Shown here piece after piece: positions 12,401 to 27,400 of a DNA stretch of 64,000 nucleotides. Both the position numbers and the translations under genes were made by a program. Each line of letters opens with the position of its first letter. Position 1 is the stretch's first letter. The notes under the pieces were generated by a model. The model searched no databases. It was not told where the DNA came from and saw only the letters and a list, made by a program, of their open reading frames with translations. Source of the stretch: Candidatus Omnitrophota bacterium (lineage in GTDB: Bacteria > Omnitrophota > Gorgyraeia > Zapsychrales > JANLHA01); contig JANPFV010000055.1 in NCBI GenBank assembly GCA_031423615.1, positions 474 to 64,473 of the forward strand. Direction: 5' to 3'.

Positions 12401-15400
12401 TACAGTTTGACCGGTCAGGTTTTAAAGAGCACGGTGGAAAAGACCGTAGATGACGGACGCAAGGTCAAGGAAACGACCGACTATGTTTATAATTCGCAGC
12501 GCGTGGTTGTCCGAGCCACGACTACGGTGGAAGATACCAGCCTGACAAAAGAAAACCGTCAAGACCGCCATGTGATCATTGAAGTGGATTCAACGCTCTT
12601 CTTAGATATTTACGGCCGCGTGAAAGAAGAATATCGTAATCGTCAACGCATGGTGGCCAACCAAAGGATCGTCGGAACGGGTGTTGAAAGTACCATTGAA
12701 ATCGAAGCCGCGACCGGTCTTGTCAAATCTCAGACGATGAACACCGCCAGCGCCGGATGGCAAACGGCCCGCAGCACGCATAATTCTCTGCGCGTGACGA
12801 CGGATACGGTCAAATACAATGAAAGCGGCGACGTGGTCACGACGGCCAAAACGGAAATGGATAATGAAGGCCGCATCAGCCTGCCGTACCGTTTCAACGG
12901 ACAATCCAAACTTTTCAAGAACAATCCCAATACCGGTTTAAACACCGTCGACATCATTGAAAATACAACCGGTCTGACATTAAAAACATTGTTCGATACC
13001 CGTACCGGTCCGGTCACTGTGGACAATAGATATAATATTTGGCGGGTCTTGACCGGATCGCAAGCCACGGGCCGCGATGGCGTGATCTTTACCATCAATC
13101 CGCATTTGGACCTTCAGGGCCGTGTCAGTTTACCGTATCGCGCCAAAGCCCAATCGGCGGTTGACCAAACATTCAGCGCGACCGGTATCGTCAAGAACGT
13201 CGTCATCGACGGCGCAAACGGCTTGGTTTTGGAATCCGGCGTTGATACTCGCACGGGCCGCGAAATTACCTACAATACCTATAACACCAAGGAAGTTTTC
13301 TTAAGCTCCCGCACACTTAATGCCGACGGAAAAGTTGTGACCTTGACTGATGCGAGCCATTACATCGACGCGCAAGGCCGCATCGTTGAGAATTTGCGCA
13401 GTCAAGGCTTGGCCGGGGCGGAAGAATTCAATCCCAATACGTTTAGCTTGACGACGATGTATACGGAAGTCCCGTCGGGATTGGTTTATTATATCAAGGT
13501 CGCCGCGCAGGCCGGTGATGAAACAACGGCTTTGACCTACAACCCATTATGGGTCCAGACCGATGGTTTGACTGTCAATGCCCGCGGTATTCCGTTGGTT
13601 AAAGAGACCGTCCGCTTGGATGTCTTTGGCCGGCCGGTCAATGTTGAAGGCATCCGCGTTTTCGGCCGTCTAGTCAAAGATCAGCATAATCTGGTTACCG
13701 ATGTCCGCCGTCATGTTGATCAGGAACTGGTGACCGGTTTGATGTGGCACGATGAAACGGCCAATGAAGCCGGATCGTTTGTCAATGATACGACATTCAA
13801 GAATCTTCGCCAGATGGAACTATCCTGGACCCGCGACGGCGTAACCGGTACGCCGTTATCGGTTGCCACCCGCGTCAATTACAACCGGCTAGGATTCTTG
13901 ACTGTCGACAGCTATGGATTTATCACCCGTAAATTGGACCGCAACACGACGGATTTGGTGGGGACCTTAGTCGGCGTTTCTAATGAAAATGCCGTCACGG
14001 AAATTACTCTCGATGACATGCGCATTGAAAAATTCAGCACGACGGCGGTCAACATCGGGACCTATCAAAATCCCATTGCGGGTATGATTATGGAGCAGTC
14101 GGAAGGTTTGGGTTATGGTTTGCGCGCCGGTGAAAATCTTTCTGCGGCCCGCACCGAAGCCTTTGTCAAACGTCAATTGCTCTTCTTGCCTTTGCAGGTT
14201 TTTGCCGGAGAATATTCTCCTGCCGCCGGACAATACGGCACCTTGGTTTCACAGTGGAGCGATAATTTCCGCATGCGCAGCCGCAGTACCCATCTTTACA
14301 ATCACAGCGTCCGCGAAAATGAAACCGATAACGCCGGACGCAGTCCGGTCACCTTTGAAGGGTATAGCAGTCAAGGACGCTTTGTTGCGGAACACGTGAC
14401 TTTCGCCACCTTCTCTGGACTTCTCGGTATGGTCGGTAAATCCCGTTCATCCGAAACCTATATTTATGATCCGCTCGCTTTTGAATATAAGGGAGAATTA
14501 TTTTTAAGCGCCGGGCTGGAAAGATTCGACGACGGAGAGTTCGTCGATGGATCGGGCCGGACCCGCATGGTTTGGGATAACCATAAACAATCCTTGCGCT
14601 GGGTCGAATTGCAAGACAACCGCAGTCGCATTGAACAGCGCTGGGATGGGACCATTCAGCCTTCCGGATTATTTACGGTGAATGAAACGTACCGCTTGTT
14701 CTATTGGGGTTTCCCGGGCCGGGCGCGCTTGGCCACCTTTACGATGTTGGATTTGACCGACTACAACGGCCAAATTTTAGGCGGCAGTTTATTGGGCGAG
14801 TCGGCTTTGTTGGATACGGCAGACAAAATCGTCGATTTAAGAAAGACCCATTTGAGTTCACTCTTTGATGAGCGCGGGAGAATCCATTCTGCGGTGATTG
14901 ATCATCATCAGCATAATTTTACCGTTTCCGGCATGCACAAAGAATACCGTAACGCCCGCAGTTTGACCGAAGAAGAACATTCCGGTGTTGTCAATGATTA
15001 CGGATTGTTTGAGACCGACATGATCAAATACAATTCTTATTTGACGAGAGAGGAAAAACCGGCGGCTTTGGGTGTTTACAATGTCGCTGATCGTTCCGTC
15101 ACCACAACGTTTGACAGAGAAGATAATAATAAGCAAAGCATCTATTCTCTCGCTAACAATAGCGCCCAGATTTTAAGCGACGGCGGAATTGCCTTTGACA
15201 TCAAGTTCGGCCGCGGGGAAATGCCTTTCGGTTTACCGATCACTTACGAAAATATCCGTGCTGTCGGCCAGGACATCGCCTTTAGCGAAATCTCGGATGT
15301 CCGCCGGGAATTTAAAAACAACAAGGGAAGACCGGAATATTATTTCAGCAGTTTTAACCATTTCGATAAAAACTTCTTCCCGGTGGGTGATCCTAAATAT

Positions 15401-18400
15401 ATTTCCTTCTTTACCTATCCTGAGCGCGGTGACAATCGTTTGTCGGTGGAAGGAAATACCTATCTCTATAGCAAGAAAGAAAAGCAAATCGAACAAGACT
15501 GGATCGCCAAAGATCAATTGACGGGCGTTCTATACTTCCATGTCAATTCGGACCAGAAAATCACTTATCCGGTGGTCCTGCGCAGTGTAGAAGACCATCG
15601 CTTCGGGGCGCGTTTATTGCGCAGTTTGGCTTCGCGTTTGGACGGGAGAACAGCCGGGATATTCGGGGAGCATGCTTTCTTCTATATTGCTTTAGATAAT
15701 CTGGGGACCAACATTCATGGTGAACTGCAAGAATTGACCGTCATGGATGCGCGGGAAGATCCTTATACCACCGAATGGCTCCATAAATCCTTAAAAGATT
15801 GGCCGCTCCTTTCGACCGATGCCCGGCGCAAGATCAAGAAATATCTCGAAATCAAACGAGACATTGTTACCAATGAAGATAAAGAACAGATCCTCACCGC
15901 AATCATTATCGTCGATGAGAAAGAGCCTTTGACCGGCAGTCGGTTACCGCGCTTTATGACGGAATATCTTCCGTCCTCTATTTACCGGAATATGGAAGAC
16001 ACCAGTCTTTGGCACAAACAGCAATATCGTTATGAAAGAGGACAGCTGGCTGAAAAAGATTCTAAAAAGAGAATTGATCTTTGGGATGACTGGGCCAAGG
16101 AAGGCGTCCACATCATGAGAAATATTATTATTTATCTCGTTCCTGCAGCGGTTGTTTTAGTGCTTTTGATTTGGTTGGTTATGAAGGCGTTAAAGATGTG
16201 GTTTGATAAATTCAGAAAGCAACCTACGCGTGTTTCGCAATCCAGCGATAAAGAATATACTATCCAGCCTTTGGAGCATAATGGATTCCCTGCCGATGTC
16301 GAAAGCAATGCTGAGGGGATAGCAAACAGCAACTTAGGCCCCGCCGAAAATAACATGAACCATTTATTGCTTCGCGAGCAGACAGAAAAGATATTCGCAG
16401 AATATTTCTGGGTCCTTACCCATTTTATTCCCCGATTTTTTGGCGGCGGTAAGGAAAAGGCCCAAGAGTTGGCCGGAACATTAACGCGCCAGGATGCTCT
16501 TATCTATTACAAGATTAATACTCTCTCCGGGAACCTTAACCAAAGCAATCCTATTTTCCGGGCTGTTCTCTTTCATATCGCGCGCAACATGGCTTTGAAT
16601 GGTCGCGGCAGTTCTATTGGTCCGGCGATGGAAACAGAAATTAGACGCTGGACCTTTGTGATCACAAAGGGATCACGTCTCTATACACGTATTGTTAATG
16701 GAGAAAAACAGGTTTATGGGATCCTTTTGAAATATTATGTTGTCAAGGCTGGATTCAATTGGAAGGTCATTGCTAAAAAATTGATTGATAATGGGTGGGC
16801 CACGCGCGTCAATAATGATGAATTGATTTTGACGGCGGATCTTGGTCGCGATAGTGCCGCCATGGCCGCAGTGTTTGAAAAAGATACATGGAAAAATCTT
16901 TTACCTGTCCTACAACAATCCCAGTATCAATACAAAGGAACATCCAATCCCATACGGCCGGGCGATATGATGCACACCGGAGATGTGGAAGGTTTATTTA
17001 AAACAAAGGGGTATGTGGCAATATATCTTCACTATTATTGGAATGCTGGCGGAAAAATGTGGGATCCTGCGTTCAGCGCCGGCCAAGGCAATAATTTCCC
17101 GCAAGATTTTGAGCACGACGGGAAAACGTATGATTTAAGACCGTATAAAACATATCAAGAAGTTACCGGCGGACGCGGAGGATGGAAGAGCCGTCTTAAT
17201 GGTGTGATTCAGAAACCTTTTAGAGCTTATTATCAGATTCTGAGTTTCTTTGCGATCACCAGCTTGGCCTTGGTCTGGATGGGACTTTCCCCGGTAGTCA
17301 TTATTCCTAACGCTATTCTCTTTGCGGTGATTTTCTTAGGGACCTTTATCGTCCTGAAATTGTTTGAACGCCATTGGCAGGCCCATAATGATGGAACAAG
17401 AATGTTTGGCCGTCCCATACCGACCTACACCGGTCGTGCTGTTCCCAATCTCACGGCAAGACATTGGACGGCCCGGTTGGTTTGGCTGGCGGTCTTTATC
17501 CTCCACGTTGTGTGGAATGCCTTTATGTTTAAAACCTTGATAAGCGGTTCTATTCTGATTCCTCTGGGCAGTCCGATTCTGATGCCCAGCTTAGGCGTCT
17601 TTTTGACCGCTTGGCCGGTATGGGTTTTTGCTATCCTGATTTATTTCTGGACCCAGCCTCGCATGCAGAGAAATTCCTTGCAAGATAAGTCTCTTGTGAC
17701 CCAATATTTAGCACCGCTGATCTTTGTCGGTCTTGTCTTTGTCGTCTGGACATTGGTGGGCGCGGTGATGGGCGGGGCCATCATGATCTTTGTCTTATGG
17801 GTGCCGTTTGTTGTGGGCGCTTTTCTCGACACATATTCTTTGCTGTATGTTGCCCAAACAATTCTATCTTACGCCAAAGGGATTTTCATAGGGATAAAGA
17901 TGGGTAAGAAATGGCAAGACATTGATAAAGTCATGTTTGGCAAAGGCCGGTCCATTGTTTACGGCGCCTTTTACCAGGCTTTCAAAGATAAAATTGTTCC
18001 GCAAATCGCCTTAAGGGGTGAACAACCTTTGAGTGAAGCCCAACTCCTCATTGCCTTCGCTAAGTACTGGAACATGATCATTCTGAATATGGGTGATGGC
18101 GTTGAGCCCAGTGCGGACTTAAAACACCTTATTTCCGAGGGTAATGATCTTCTCAGCGCCGAAGAAGTTGAACGTTATAGCTTTGTTCTTATCGGCAATG
18201 ACAGTCATAACAAGAGTGATTTGAACGGTCAAATTGATTTTGATCGTCTTCCTGACTTGAGCCGCGCGCCGGTTAATCCACGCGCCCATAAACGTCTGGT
18301 CGTTTTGATTCAACAAATGTTTATGAGAATGCCATCGGTATATTCCACCGATGATATCAACTGGACGACCATGGCTCCGGTTTATGACGAAGGCGTTTTG

Positions 18401-21400
18401 TATCGTTTGAATACCTCGGCGCCATTGGCTCCCGCTTTGAATAAGGAATATGATAATGGAAGACATACCTTTTTGACTTATTTCATTTCAACCCACCCCG
18501 ATGAATGGATTAACTTTATAAACCGTATTAAAAGACAGTTGGATCATATTGCTAATCTGAAAGTTCGCGCCCAGGTCAGCCGGGATGTGAAAGCCTTAGA
18601 GGGAATGACCGGAGCGGTTGGGGTGCCCTTGGTTTTGGAAAATGAAGATATTACCACCGCAGTTGAGATGTGGGCTTCCAGTAGATTCCAACCATTGGGA
18701 AGATTTATCAAGGGGGCTGAGAATTACAGAAAAGCGCTGGAATTCCGGATCCGTATTCAGTATCGCGATCTGGATGATCAGGCCATAGCTCAAAAAGTCC
18801 GTGATTCCTTCCAACTCCTTATCTCCTATCAGTCTTATTCTGTCATAATTAAGAAAAATAAAGAGGAAGGAAAAGAACCCGACGGGCGTATTACCGCCTT
18901 GCATGAATTGATGGGCCTTTATCCTGATCTTGAATTAGCGTATATCGATTCACAGGATGGAGAAGTTTCCAGTGTATTGATGCGGGGTGTGGACCATAGC
19001 GGTGCGCCGATACAAGTTTATCGTATTCAACGTTTTGCTCCGATGATTTTGACCAATTCCTTCGGTAAACCGGAAAATCAAAACCATATGTTGACCTTTG
19101 TCCGCGGCCGCAAAATCCAGACCATAGATATGAATCAAGATGTTTATATTGAAGATGCCTTCTTTATGCCTAATTTATTGGAAGAATTTAATCTGAATCC
19201 GTATTTGGCTCTTTTAGGTTTCCCGGAAGATCTTATGACCGAAGACTGGAATGGCGTTGCCGGATACGGTGCTCATGCGGACCGGACCTTTTTAACCGTT
19301 GTTCAGCGTGCATTGAATATGATGAATGCCCGTTATCACTATGGCCATCCCGATGTTTGGGATGGTGACTTTGTGCGCTTCCAGGGCGGGGTAAGCAAGA
19401 GCCATGTGGTTTCGGAAGATATTATGGGCGGGTTTAATGTGGTCAATCGCGGGCGGACCATTGATATAAGAGAATATATCAAGGTCGGAAAAGCCCGCGA
19501 AGCGGCCGTGACCACCTTTGTAGGGATGTTCGGTAAATTTGCCATGGGCGCTCCGCAACAAGTGCAATTTGAGGTCGTCAATGAAATGCGGGACAATCCT
19601 TCTCTGGGAAATGGTCTTGACCGCGGGTTACTCCAGTTGAGCACGCATTACGGCGGACCTGGTTTCTATCTTAAAGAACCGCTCGTTAAAGCCATGAATT
19701 TCTTTTATATTCTGTGGTTGGTATTTGGCGGGGTCAGTGCTTATAGCGCTTTTGCCTTGGCGATCACCTTGGCTGGATTGGGTATGGTCTTTGCTCTTTC
19801 CATTACCTTTACCGGGTTGTTGAGAATGGTTGAAGATTATGGAGCTAAAGGGTTGTGGTTATGGATTAAGGTGACAACGACTTCGGCGCCATTTTTCCAA
19901 AGTATTATTCCGGCCCACGCGGAAGGCGTTTCCCGCGGACATGCCGGGAATGCCATTTATAACAAAACCGGCCGTTCGCCCGGTTTGGATATCCAAAGCC
20001 TATATGTCGATCAACGTGATGACTTGGGTGCCATACAACCAAGTTTGTATAAAACCTTTGTTCGTACTCATCTTGATTTGGCTTTGGTCTCCCTTGTTCT
20101 CATTGTCGTAGGTATAAAGATTTGGTGGAATTCATCGATGATTTTGTCCTTCTTGCCGGTCATTCTGTTTATTTCCATGTATTTGGTTCCTATGCTTGTT
20201 CACCCCGGAACGACACCTTTGGATGGAGGATTGGTGCAATGGGGACGGCATTTCAGCAAACACTTTAAAGATATTTTCGTTCTTATTAATCAAATTAGAA
20301 AAGGCGAGAAGCCTGCCGACCTGGAAAGTAATGTTATGCAAGTGGCATTTCATGGATTTTTCATCCAAAGCGCTTATTTAATTTTAGGTATTTTGCTGGC
20401 ACCTTTTGCTAAAAAGAGCAGTTATGTGGGTGTTGCGGCCGGTGTGACGTTGGGAATGGGAGTTGTTGCCGCTGGGATTTTTGCCGCTTTGAGCGCTTCG
20501 TATTGGCTCGCCGGAGTTTTAGTCTGGTTTGGTATTCTTATTACGGGTTATGGCTATCGTTATAATCCCGGCTGGGCCAAGCTGGAAAAGAAGATTAAAG
20601 ATGATCGCAGAAGAGAGGCGATCCAGGCGAGAGCGGCAGAAGACGCGACGGATGAACGTTCTTCTTCGGCGGTGATATCGTCGGACAATCAGGATTATAA
20701 GGCCAGCAGCGCGATTCAAATTAGCGAATCCGCCATGTGGGCTTCAGGGCATAATGCCCGCGTTGAAAATGCCAAAGGGCATATTCATAAACCCTCCAGC
20801 AGTTCTTCTTCCGCTGTAGGGGCAGGCGGTGCTGGTCATGCTCGGATTTTCCCGGTCACCGGTCCGGTCATAAATGAAAACCAGCCGACGGTTACCGTGA
20901 AGGTGAAGTTAAAGGATGAGAATACCGGCGGTGTTGATATCGAGCTTACTCCTTCGAGAGAAGCCAATGTTTCGGAAGCCTTGGCTTTTGCTTTTGAAAA
21001 TCAGAACTTGACGCCCGCCGATATTCAGAATCGGGTGGCCTGGATTGGCCCGGCGGAAAAGAAAATTTTCTCTTTCAAAAAGCCGGTGCCAACCAAAGAA
21101 TTTGAACTGCGGTTTCATGGTCAAGGGGAAAGTTATGTAAAAGACAATGTTATCTATGTTTCTCTTTCGTTATTGCATGTTCTCAAGGGAGAAAAAGGAG
21201 AATACTTGACCGATAATCCACAGATGCATCAGAAGGTCTTGAATATGGTATTTTCCTATCTCGTTTATCTTCTTTTGCATCCTGCCGAAACGCCGGCGGC
21301 CGCTCAAGCTAAATTAAAAACCTATGTGAGTGTCCATACCGATTATGCCACGGCTTTAAGTCTCTTGTTTCAGACGTCTGGTTTTAGAGCTGACAATGAA

Positions 21401-24400
21401 TTTAAGACCTTGCTTGAGATTGAAAAATTAGCGGCGCGGGATTTGATCAACTTCTTTGTCCAGCAAGGTTTAACTCTCGTCGATCTTTTGGCCCGTGGAA
21501 CGGTTTATGAAGATGGTGTTGTTATCGCCAGCGATGATGTAACGACATTTGAGTTTGCTCCGGAATTGTATGTTAAAGGCAGGCTTAAAAGGGTTGTTGT
21601 TTTTGGTGGGGTAGGCCGCCTGACCCTCCCGCTGATTGAACGCGCTATTGCGGCAGGATATAGCCTGCAGTTGCCGACTTTTGGCGCGGTTGAATCTGCG
21701 GACGATTTAGATGTTTTTAAAAAGAGGGTTTTTAGTGAGGCCAGAAGGGGGCATCAGAAACCGGAGGCCATTATTAAAGGTATGGGGATTTCGGAAGCGG
21801 ATATTATCAAGCAAATCATGAGTGCAAAATTAAAAGAGATGAAAGGAAATGGGGCCACCGAGGCCACAATCGCCGCATTTGAAGCCGGTATCTTGCTTAT
21901 TAAAGATTCGTCCAATACACCTGAAAATTTTAAAAAATATTTAGAATCCCTGAATCAGAAAGGCAGTCTTTTGGCCGCCGGTACGCAATCGCGACCCCAT
22001 CGCATTTTGATTATCGGGCAGGTCCCGCAACTCTTGCGAAATCTCGAAACTTTCAGAAAAGAATTTGAAAACATCATTGAGAAAGGTCAAATTACAGCCG
22101 AAGCTTTGGCTGGTCCTTATTCTGTCAATGGTCTTAATGCGGCGATGATGGAAAGATTAAGCGGAGAAATGTTTCGTATCATTGTTTATGCCCAGCATGG
22201 TGATTTGGGTAAAAAATTTAATTTGAACAACATTCCGGCACAATATTTTATGGTGGCCCATATTTTATTTAGTTTGATACCGTATGAGGAGCAAACTCAT
22301 ATTGCGGACAAATTCATGAGAGCATGGACGGAGCATGCCCAGCCTTTAGGTGAAGACGAAATACGAAAGGGATTGCCTGCCGCCGCCTTAGAATTTTTTG
22401 AAACTGTTTATCTTATGGCGGAGGAAAAGATAAGGCCGGGAAATAATCCTCAAATTGTCCAACCCAAGAGTTCTTTAGAGATCCGTTTAGACAATGCGGT
22501 CGCAGCTCTTAAAGCAAAAGAGTTTATCACGCCAGCTGATCTTCAAAAATGGTTTGAGGAAGTGGGCAGGGATTTTGGTCTTTTACAAAAACGTATAGCG
22601 GATTGTTTGGGAGTGGCCCGCGGCAGGGGAGTGGAACGCACACCAGCCGGAAAAGCAAAAGACCAGAAAGATGCCACATTACTCGTCGATAAGTTTAAAC
22701 GTGATGAATTCTTAGGAGAGGATGTGAAGGGTGAGAAAGTCGTTGAATATATGATCGATGATGGTTTGCAAGATCCTCAATGGATCAGGATTCATCCGAT
22801 CGATAGAGTCAGATCCGTTTTACAAAATTCAATTAATAAATTCCGACTTGATCAAGTCAATACCGAACACGTCAAGTATGCCCTGACCTATTTTGGCGAT
22901 AATATGATAGCTGTGGCGTATTTGGCTGACCTCAAGAGCCGGGTTGACGGACACACCAGCCCAGCATTTAGGAATCAATTGGAAAATGAGACTTGGGCCA
23001 GAGAAAAAATAAATGAATATAAAAAGACAAGGGCTATTGAAACCTATTCACGTCCTGATTTACACCCCTTCCGCGCTAATGTTGAGCAAGATTTGATTTT
23101 AATCGGTCAGGATTCGCAGAGAAAGCAATTTACTCATATTGCAGATTCGCCTTTTGCGGTTGCCTTGATGCATTTGACGAGAGACACTGAGATTGAGGTA
23201 TCTTACAAAGATCCTGTTTGCGAAATTGATTTTTCGAACCCTAATGATATAAAGTTCCGCGTTAGAATTATAAGAATGAATTATGTTAATGATTTACCAG
23301 AAATGGACGCCCTTTTACTGTCGGGCGAGCGCCCAATGCTCCCCGTGGTCGTTCAAACCGTATATTCCTTTTCTGTTGAACAGGCCAAGACTGAATTTGG
23401 ACCTGGCTTGTTTGGATTGTTTGCGCTTATGCCTGAGTCGTATCTGCGATTATTGATTGATCTAAACGCAGGAAAACCCAGAGTGGAAAAAACCACATTT
23501 TTCCAGGCCTTTATTGACCAAGGCGTTACGGCCATTCCACTGCATGTTGCCAATTTAAAAACGGAACTCAATACCTATTTATTTAGAAGATTCTTTTATG
23601 CTTTGACGCCTTACATTAAATTTATTATTGAAATTAATGGAAAGTTTTATGCCGTTATTGGCGAGATCCATACGCATCCGGTTGTCTCCAAGGGAGAAAA
23701 ACCGTGGCCGACAGTTATGATAGAGGCGCTTGAACTTGATCCCCGATTTTTTGAATTGCTTTCTCCTGCAGACGTCACCTCAACGCTGGATTTTGTTAAT
23801 CACAGTGTTTTTATGAATTTACCGGGCCTGGATGGGATTTATAAGATCATGCAGTGTATTGGAACGGTGGATGCAGCAGGTAATTTGGGGGATATCCATC
23901 CAAATGATTTTGACGATTTGACATTGGAGCAATCCCAAAAAATCTTAAGCGCGGCCAAGGCGGCTCACGAAGCGGAGAAAGCGGGTCGTGCTGGGGAAGA
24001 GGCAAGGCAGCATTTTGCGAATATGCGAATTTTAGAAAAACGTAGTATAAGGCGAGCAATGGATCCGAAGTTAAACCGTATTGCATTAATAGTTACTGCG
24101 GATGGAAAGATTATTGGTTTTTCAAAATCCTCTTCACTCACTATCTTATCTGAAACTCCGAAGGTCTCTTCCTCGCCGGTCGCGGTTTTTGCGGCCGGGA
24201 CATTCGATTGTGAGATCCAGCAATTGTTGAGGCAAAGCGGCAGTGATATTCCTCCTTTCCCGTCCCACCTGATTAATAAAGGTCAAGTTTTGTTGGCTGG
24301 GACAACCCTCCAACCTCTATCGGCCACTCAACAAAGAACATTCGTTCAAATGTTTGATCGCAGTCTAAGTTATCATCATCTTGGTCAAGAACGTAAAAAC

Positions 24401-27400
24401 CACCGGCGCTATCCCTATAAAGTGCACCCTCTTGGCGTTGCGTTTATCTTATTTAATTCGTTTGGGGTGAGAGTCATTGAACTAAACGGTGCTGCACTGG
24501 GTCATGATTTTGGTGAAGATTCCATCATAAAATATCTCCCTTACAGCGCAGATTATGTCGACATGAATGAATTGCGCAAACAATTTCATGCTAGGGCGCA
24601 TGTGACCCCGGTTATACGTAAAGCGATTGACCGTGCAATTGAGAATGAATTCTTAATGCTTCGAATCAAGGGCGTCAACCCCGATTCCTACTTAGAAACC
24701 GTTTATCGACGAGCAGCCTTTCACCCAATGGGTGAAAAATTTCACTCGTCGAGGTCTCGAGGGGAGAATCATTTTCTAAGTAGGAATTTGGGCGTCAATT
24801 TGGATGTTGACTTAACCATGAAATATATTCGCGCTATGACCAGAACAAAAGACCGGGACTTGTTTTTCGTGAAGATTCAGAAAGCTGGGGCCGACAGCCG
24901 CCACATTTCTAATGCTTTGAAAAGCAAATTAGAAAAGTGGGCGCAAAGAAGCATTGAGCGCAATATGACCCGCTATAAAGCCGGGCTTATTCGGATGGGT
25001 GATTTCTTGATTATGCTAAAGCTCGCCGACATTATTCACAATATGTTAAGCGACATCGATACCGACGATCCGAAATTGATGCAGAATCATCTTTTGGGTA
25101 AGAACGGGGTTGTGCATAAATATCTTGATGAAGTTGAACCATCCACCGGCACCAGTTTCTTGCATGCCTTGTCACCGCGCTACCGGATCGCCAAACTCTA
25201 TTTCGGTTGGGCGTTTACAGAAGCTCTGCTTAAAACATGGTCAAATATTCCATTGGCGCAGAATATGAGCGCCGCCGAAGCCTTAAGAATTGTCAATCTG
25301 ATCGATCCGGATTTTGAATTGAACACTGAGTTAAGCGACGGTGTTGCTCGTGACGTCTTTTCTTACGGCCAGGCTTACTTTGAAAGAGAAATTACCGGTG
25401 CCCGTGCTTCCAGTCCCGTGCAGAATACGCAAGAGTATTTCCAATTCTTAAATTCCTTAAATTTTCCGAATCAAACCGTTTGGATTATGCATATTGGCGG
25501 GAGAGAAAAGCTGTTTTCGTTAGATAGCATGCCATGGGAGATGAGGGTTATTTATACGCCCCGCCTTAGGAAATTTGATCGTATTGACATCTCTCAAAGT
25601 TTTAACATTGTGACAATCGATGAGCCGCAAATGGAATCTTTCCCAGAGGTGATGAAATTTGCTTTCCGTGTTTTGGCCCAGGACGGCGTTATTTTAATTC
25701 GTTTAGCACCAAATCAGTCCCAAGAAGACCAAACGGTTTTCCAAGAAGTCTTTAAGACCTATGGCCGGGCATTACAAGAAAACCATCAGCATTTGCAATT
25801 TGCAATGATACCTCTGGCGGATCAATATCGAATGTATGCTTGGCACATAGAACTAAAACAACCGGTGGCGGCACCGTCGGTTTCCCGTTCTCGGCAAAAT
25901 AACCTTATGACCCGGCGAGAATCTCTCCAAGTGCTCTCTTTAAGAGTGAAAGTATTTGCCTTAATGCTTTTGGCGACATGGTCTGAGCCCGCCGGTCAAA
26001 GAGAAAGGCCAGCGGAACCGACTTTAAGAGAAAACCTTCCTGCGGTGCTGACGAGAAATAAAGAAGACTCCGAGAGCGCCTCCAGCCCGGTGATGGATCG
26101 CCGACTTTTTGGTATCACATTATTCGCAATGCTATCTTTAAGAGGGGACAGCGATCTGCAAAGCCGCCTCTCTCTCTTGGAACAGGAAAAAATCGAAAAG
26201 ATTTTTGATCTTCTTAAAACGGGTGGACATTTGACAGCGCAAGAACAGGCTCGCTTATCCGCTTCCTATATTTTAGACGCCATCCGCAAAGGCGACCCGG
26301 CGGAGTTATTAAAGAAAACCGGAAGGCTGTATCCGGCTCTCTTCAATCATGTTTCTTATTTGCAAGTCCGGGGGAACAAACAGATCATTATCCATTCGGA
26401 CGCTTTCAATGATCCCGCGCATTTATTGACCGATCTTATTTTTGGTTTGGAGCAATTCTTACAGGAAAATGCGGCGTTAAGTAAAAAAGAAATTTTTGTG
26501 CAAGCGGTGGGGGCGACCGCGCGGGTTTTACGCCACATCATTGAAAGCAAAAAGTATCCTTTGTATGAAGAAGATCTCAAGCAATATGTTAAGGAATTTT
26601 ATGGACATTATTTGTACTTTAAATCTTTGCCTGTGCCGCGTAAACCGGGCGGTCTGAGCGCCTCCAGCTCGTTGACGGATTTGCCCGGAAAATCCACAAC
26701 GAAGCTCATTGTTATGCTACGCGATGTTGCTGCTTTTGAAGCATTGGTGGAATTCTATGTGGATTTTCCTCCGGTGAAGCCGGAATTCAAATCTTATAAT
26801 CCGACATTCCCTCCTATGAAGCCGGAATTCATATTAAATTATCACAAAAAAGGACGCGCGATATTCCAGATTTTAATCAGCCGTTTGAATAATGACCAAG
26901 ATCGTGCAGAAATGGCTGCGGCCTATAAGCAAGCCGATCCGCAGAGTGAACATTATTTCCACCTTTGGATGAAGAGGGTTTTTGATTCGGCCGAACCGTC
27001 CGTCAAACCTCACAATGGCGTTAAATATGCAGGCCTTTCTGCCCAAGGAGATTCTTCCGCCAACCCACATAACGGGATTAACTACCAAGGCGTTTTTAAC
27101 CTAGGAAATTTCTTAGCCCGCAGTCAATTAATACCGAATTGGCACGAGAAATCAACCGCTGATCTTCTTAATGCCCTAAGGAAGGTTGCTTCTTTTGCCG
27201 CGCGAATGAAAAAAGTTTATTCGGCCTTTCCTTCCATGAAGCCGGAATTTGTATCACGTAATGAGCAAGAAGGACAGCAAATAGTCCAGGCTTTAAGCAG
27301 CCGTTTGAATAATGAGCAAGATCGTGCAGAAATGGTTGCGGCTTTTGAGCAAGCTAAGCGCGACGACAAGGCCCGTCATTTTCATCCTTGGATGGAAAAG

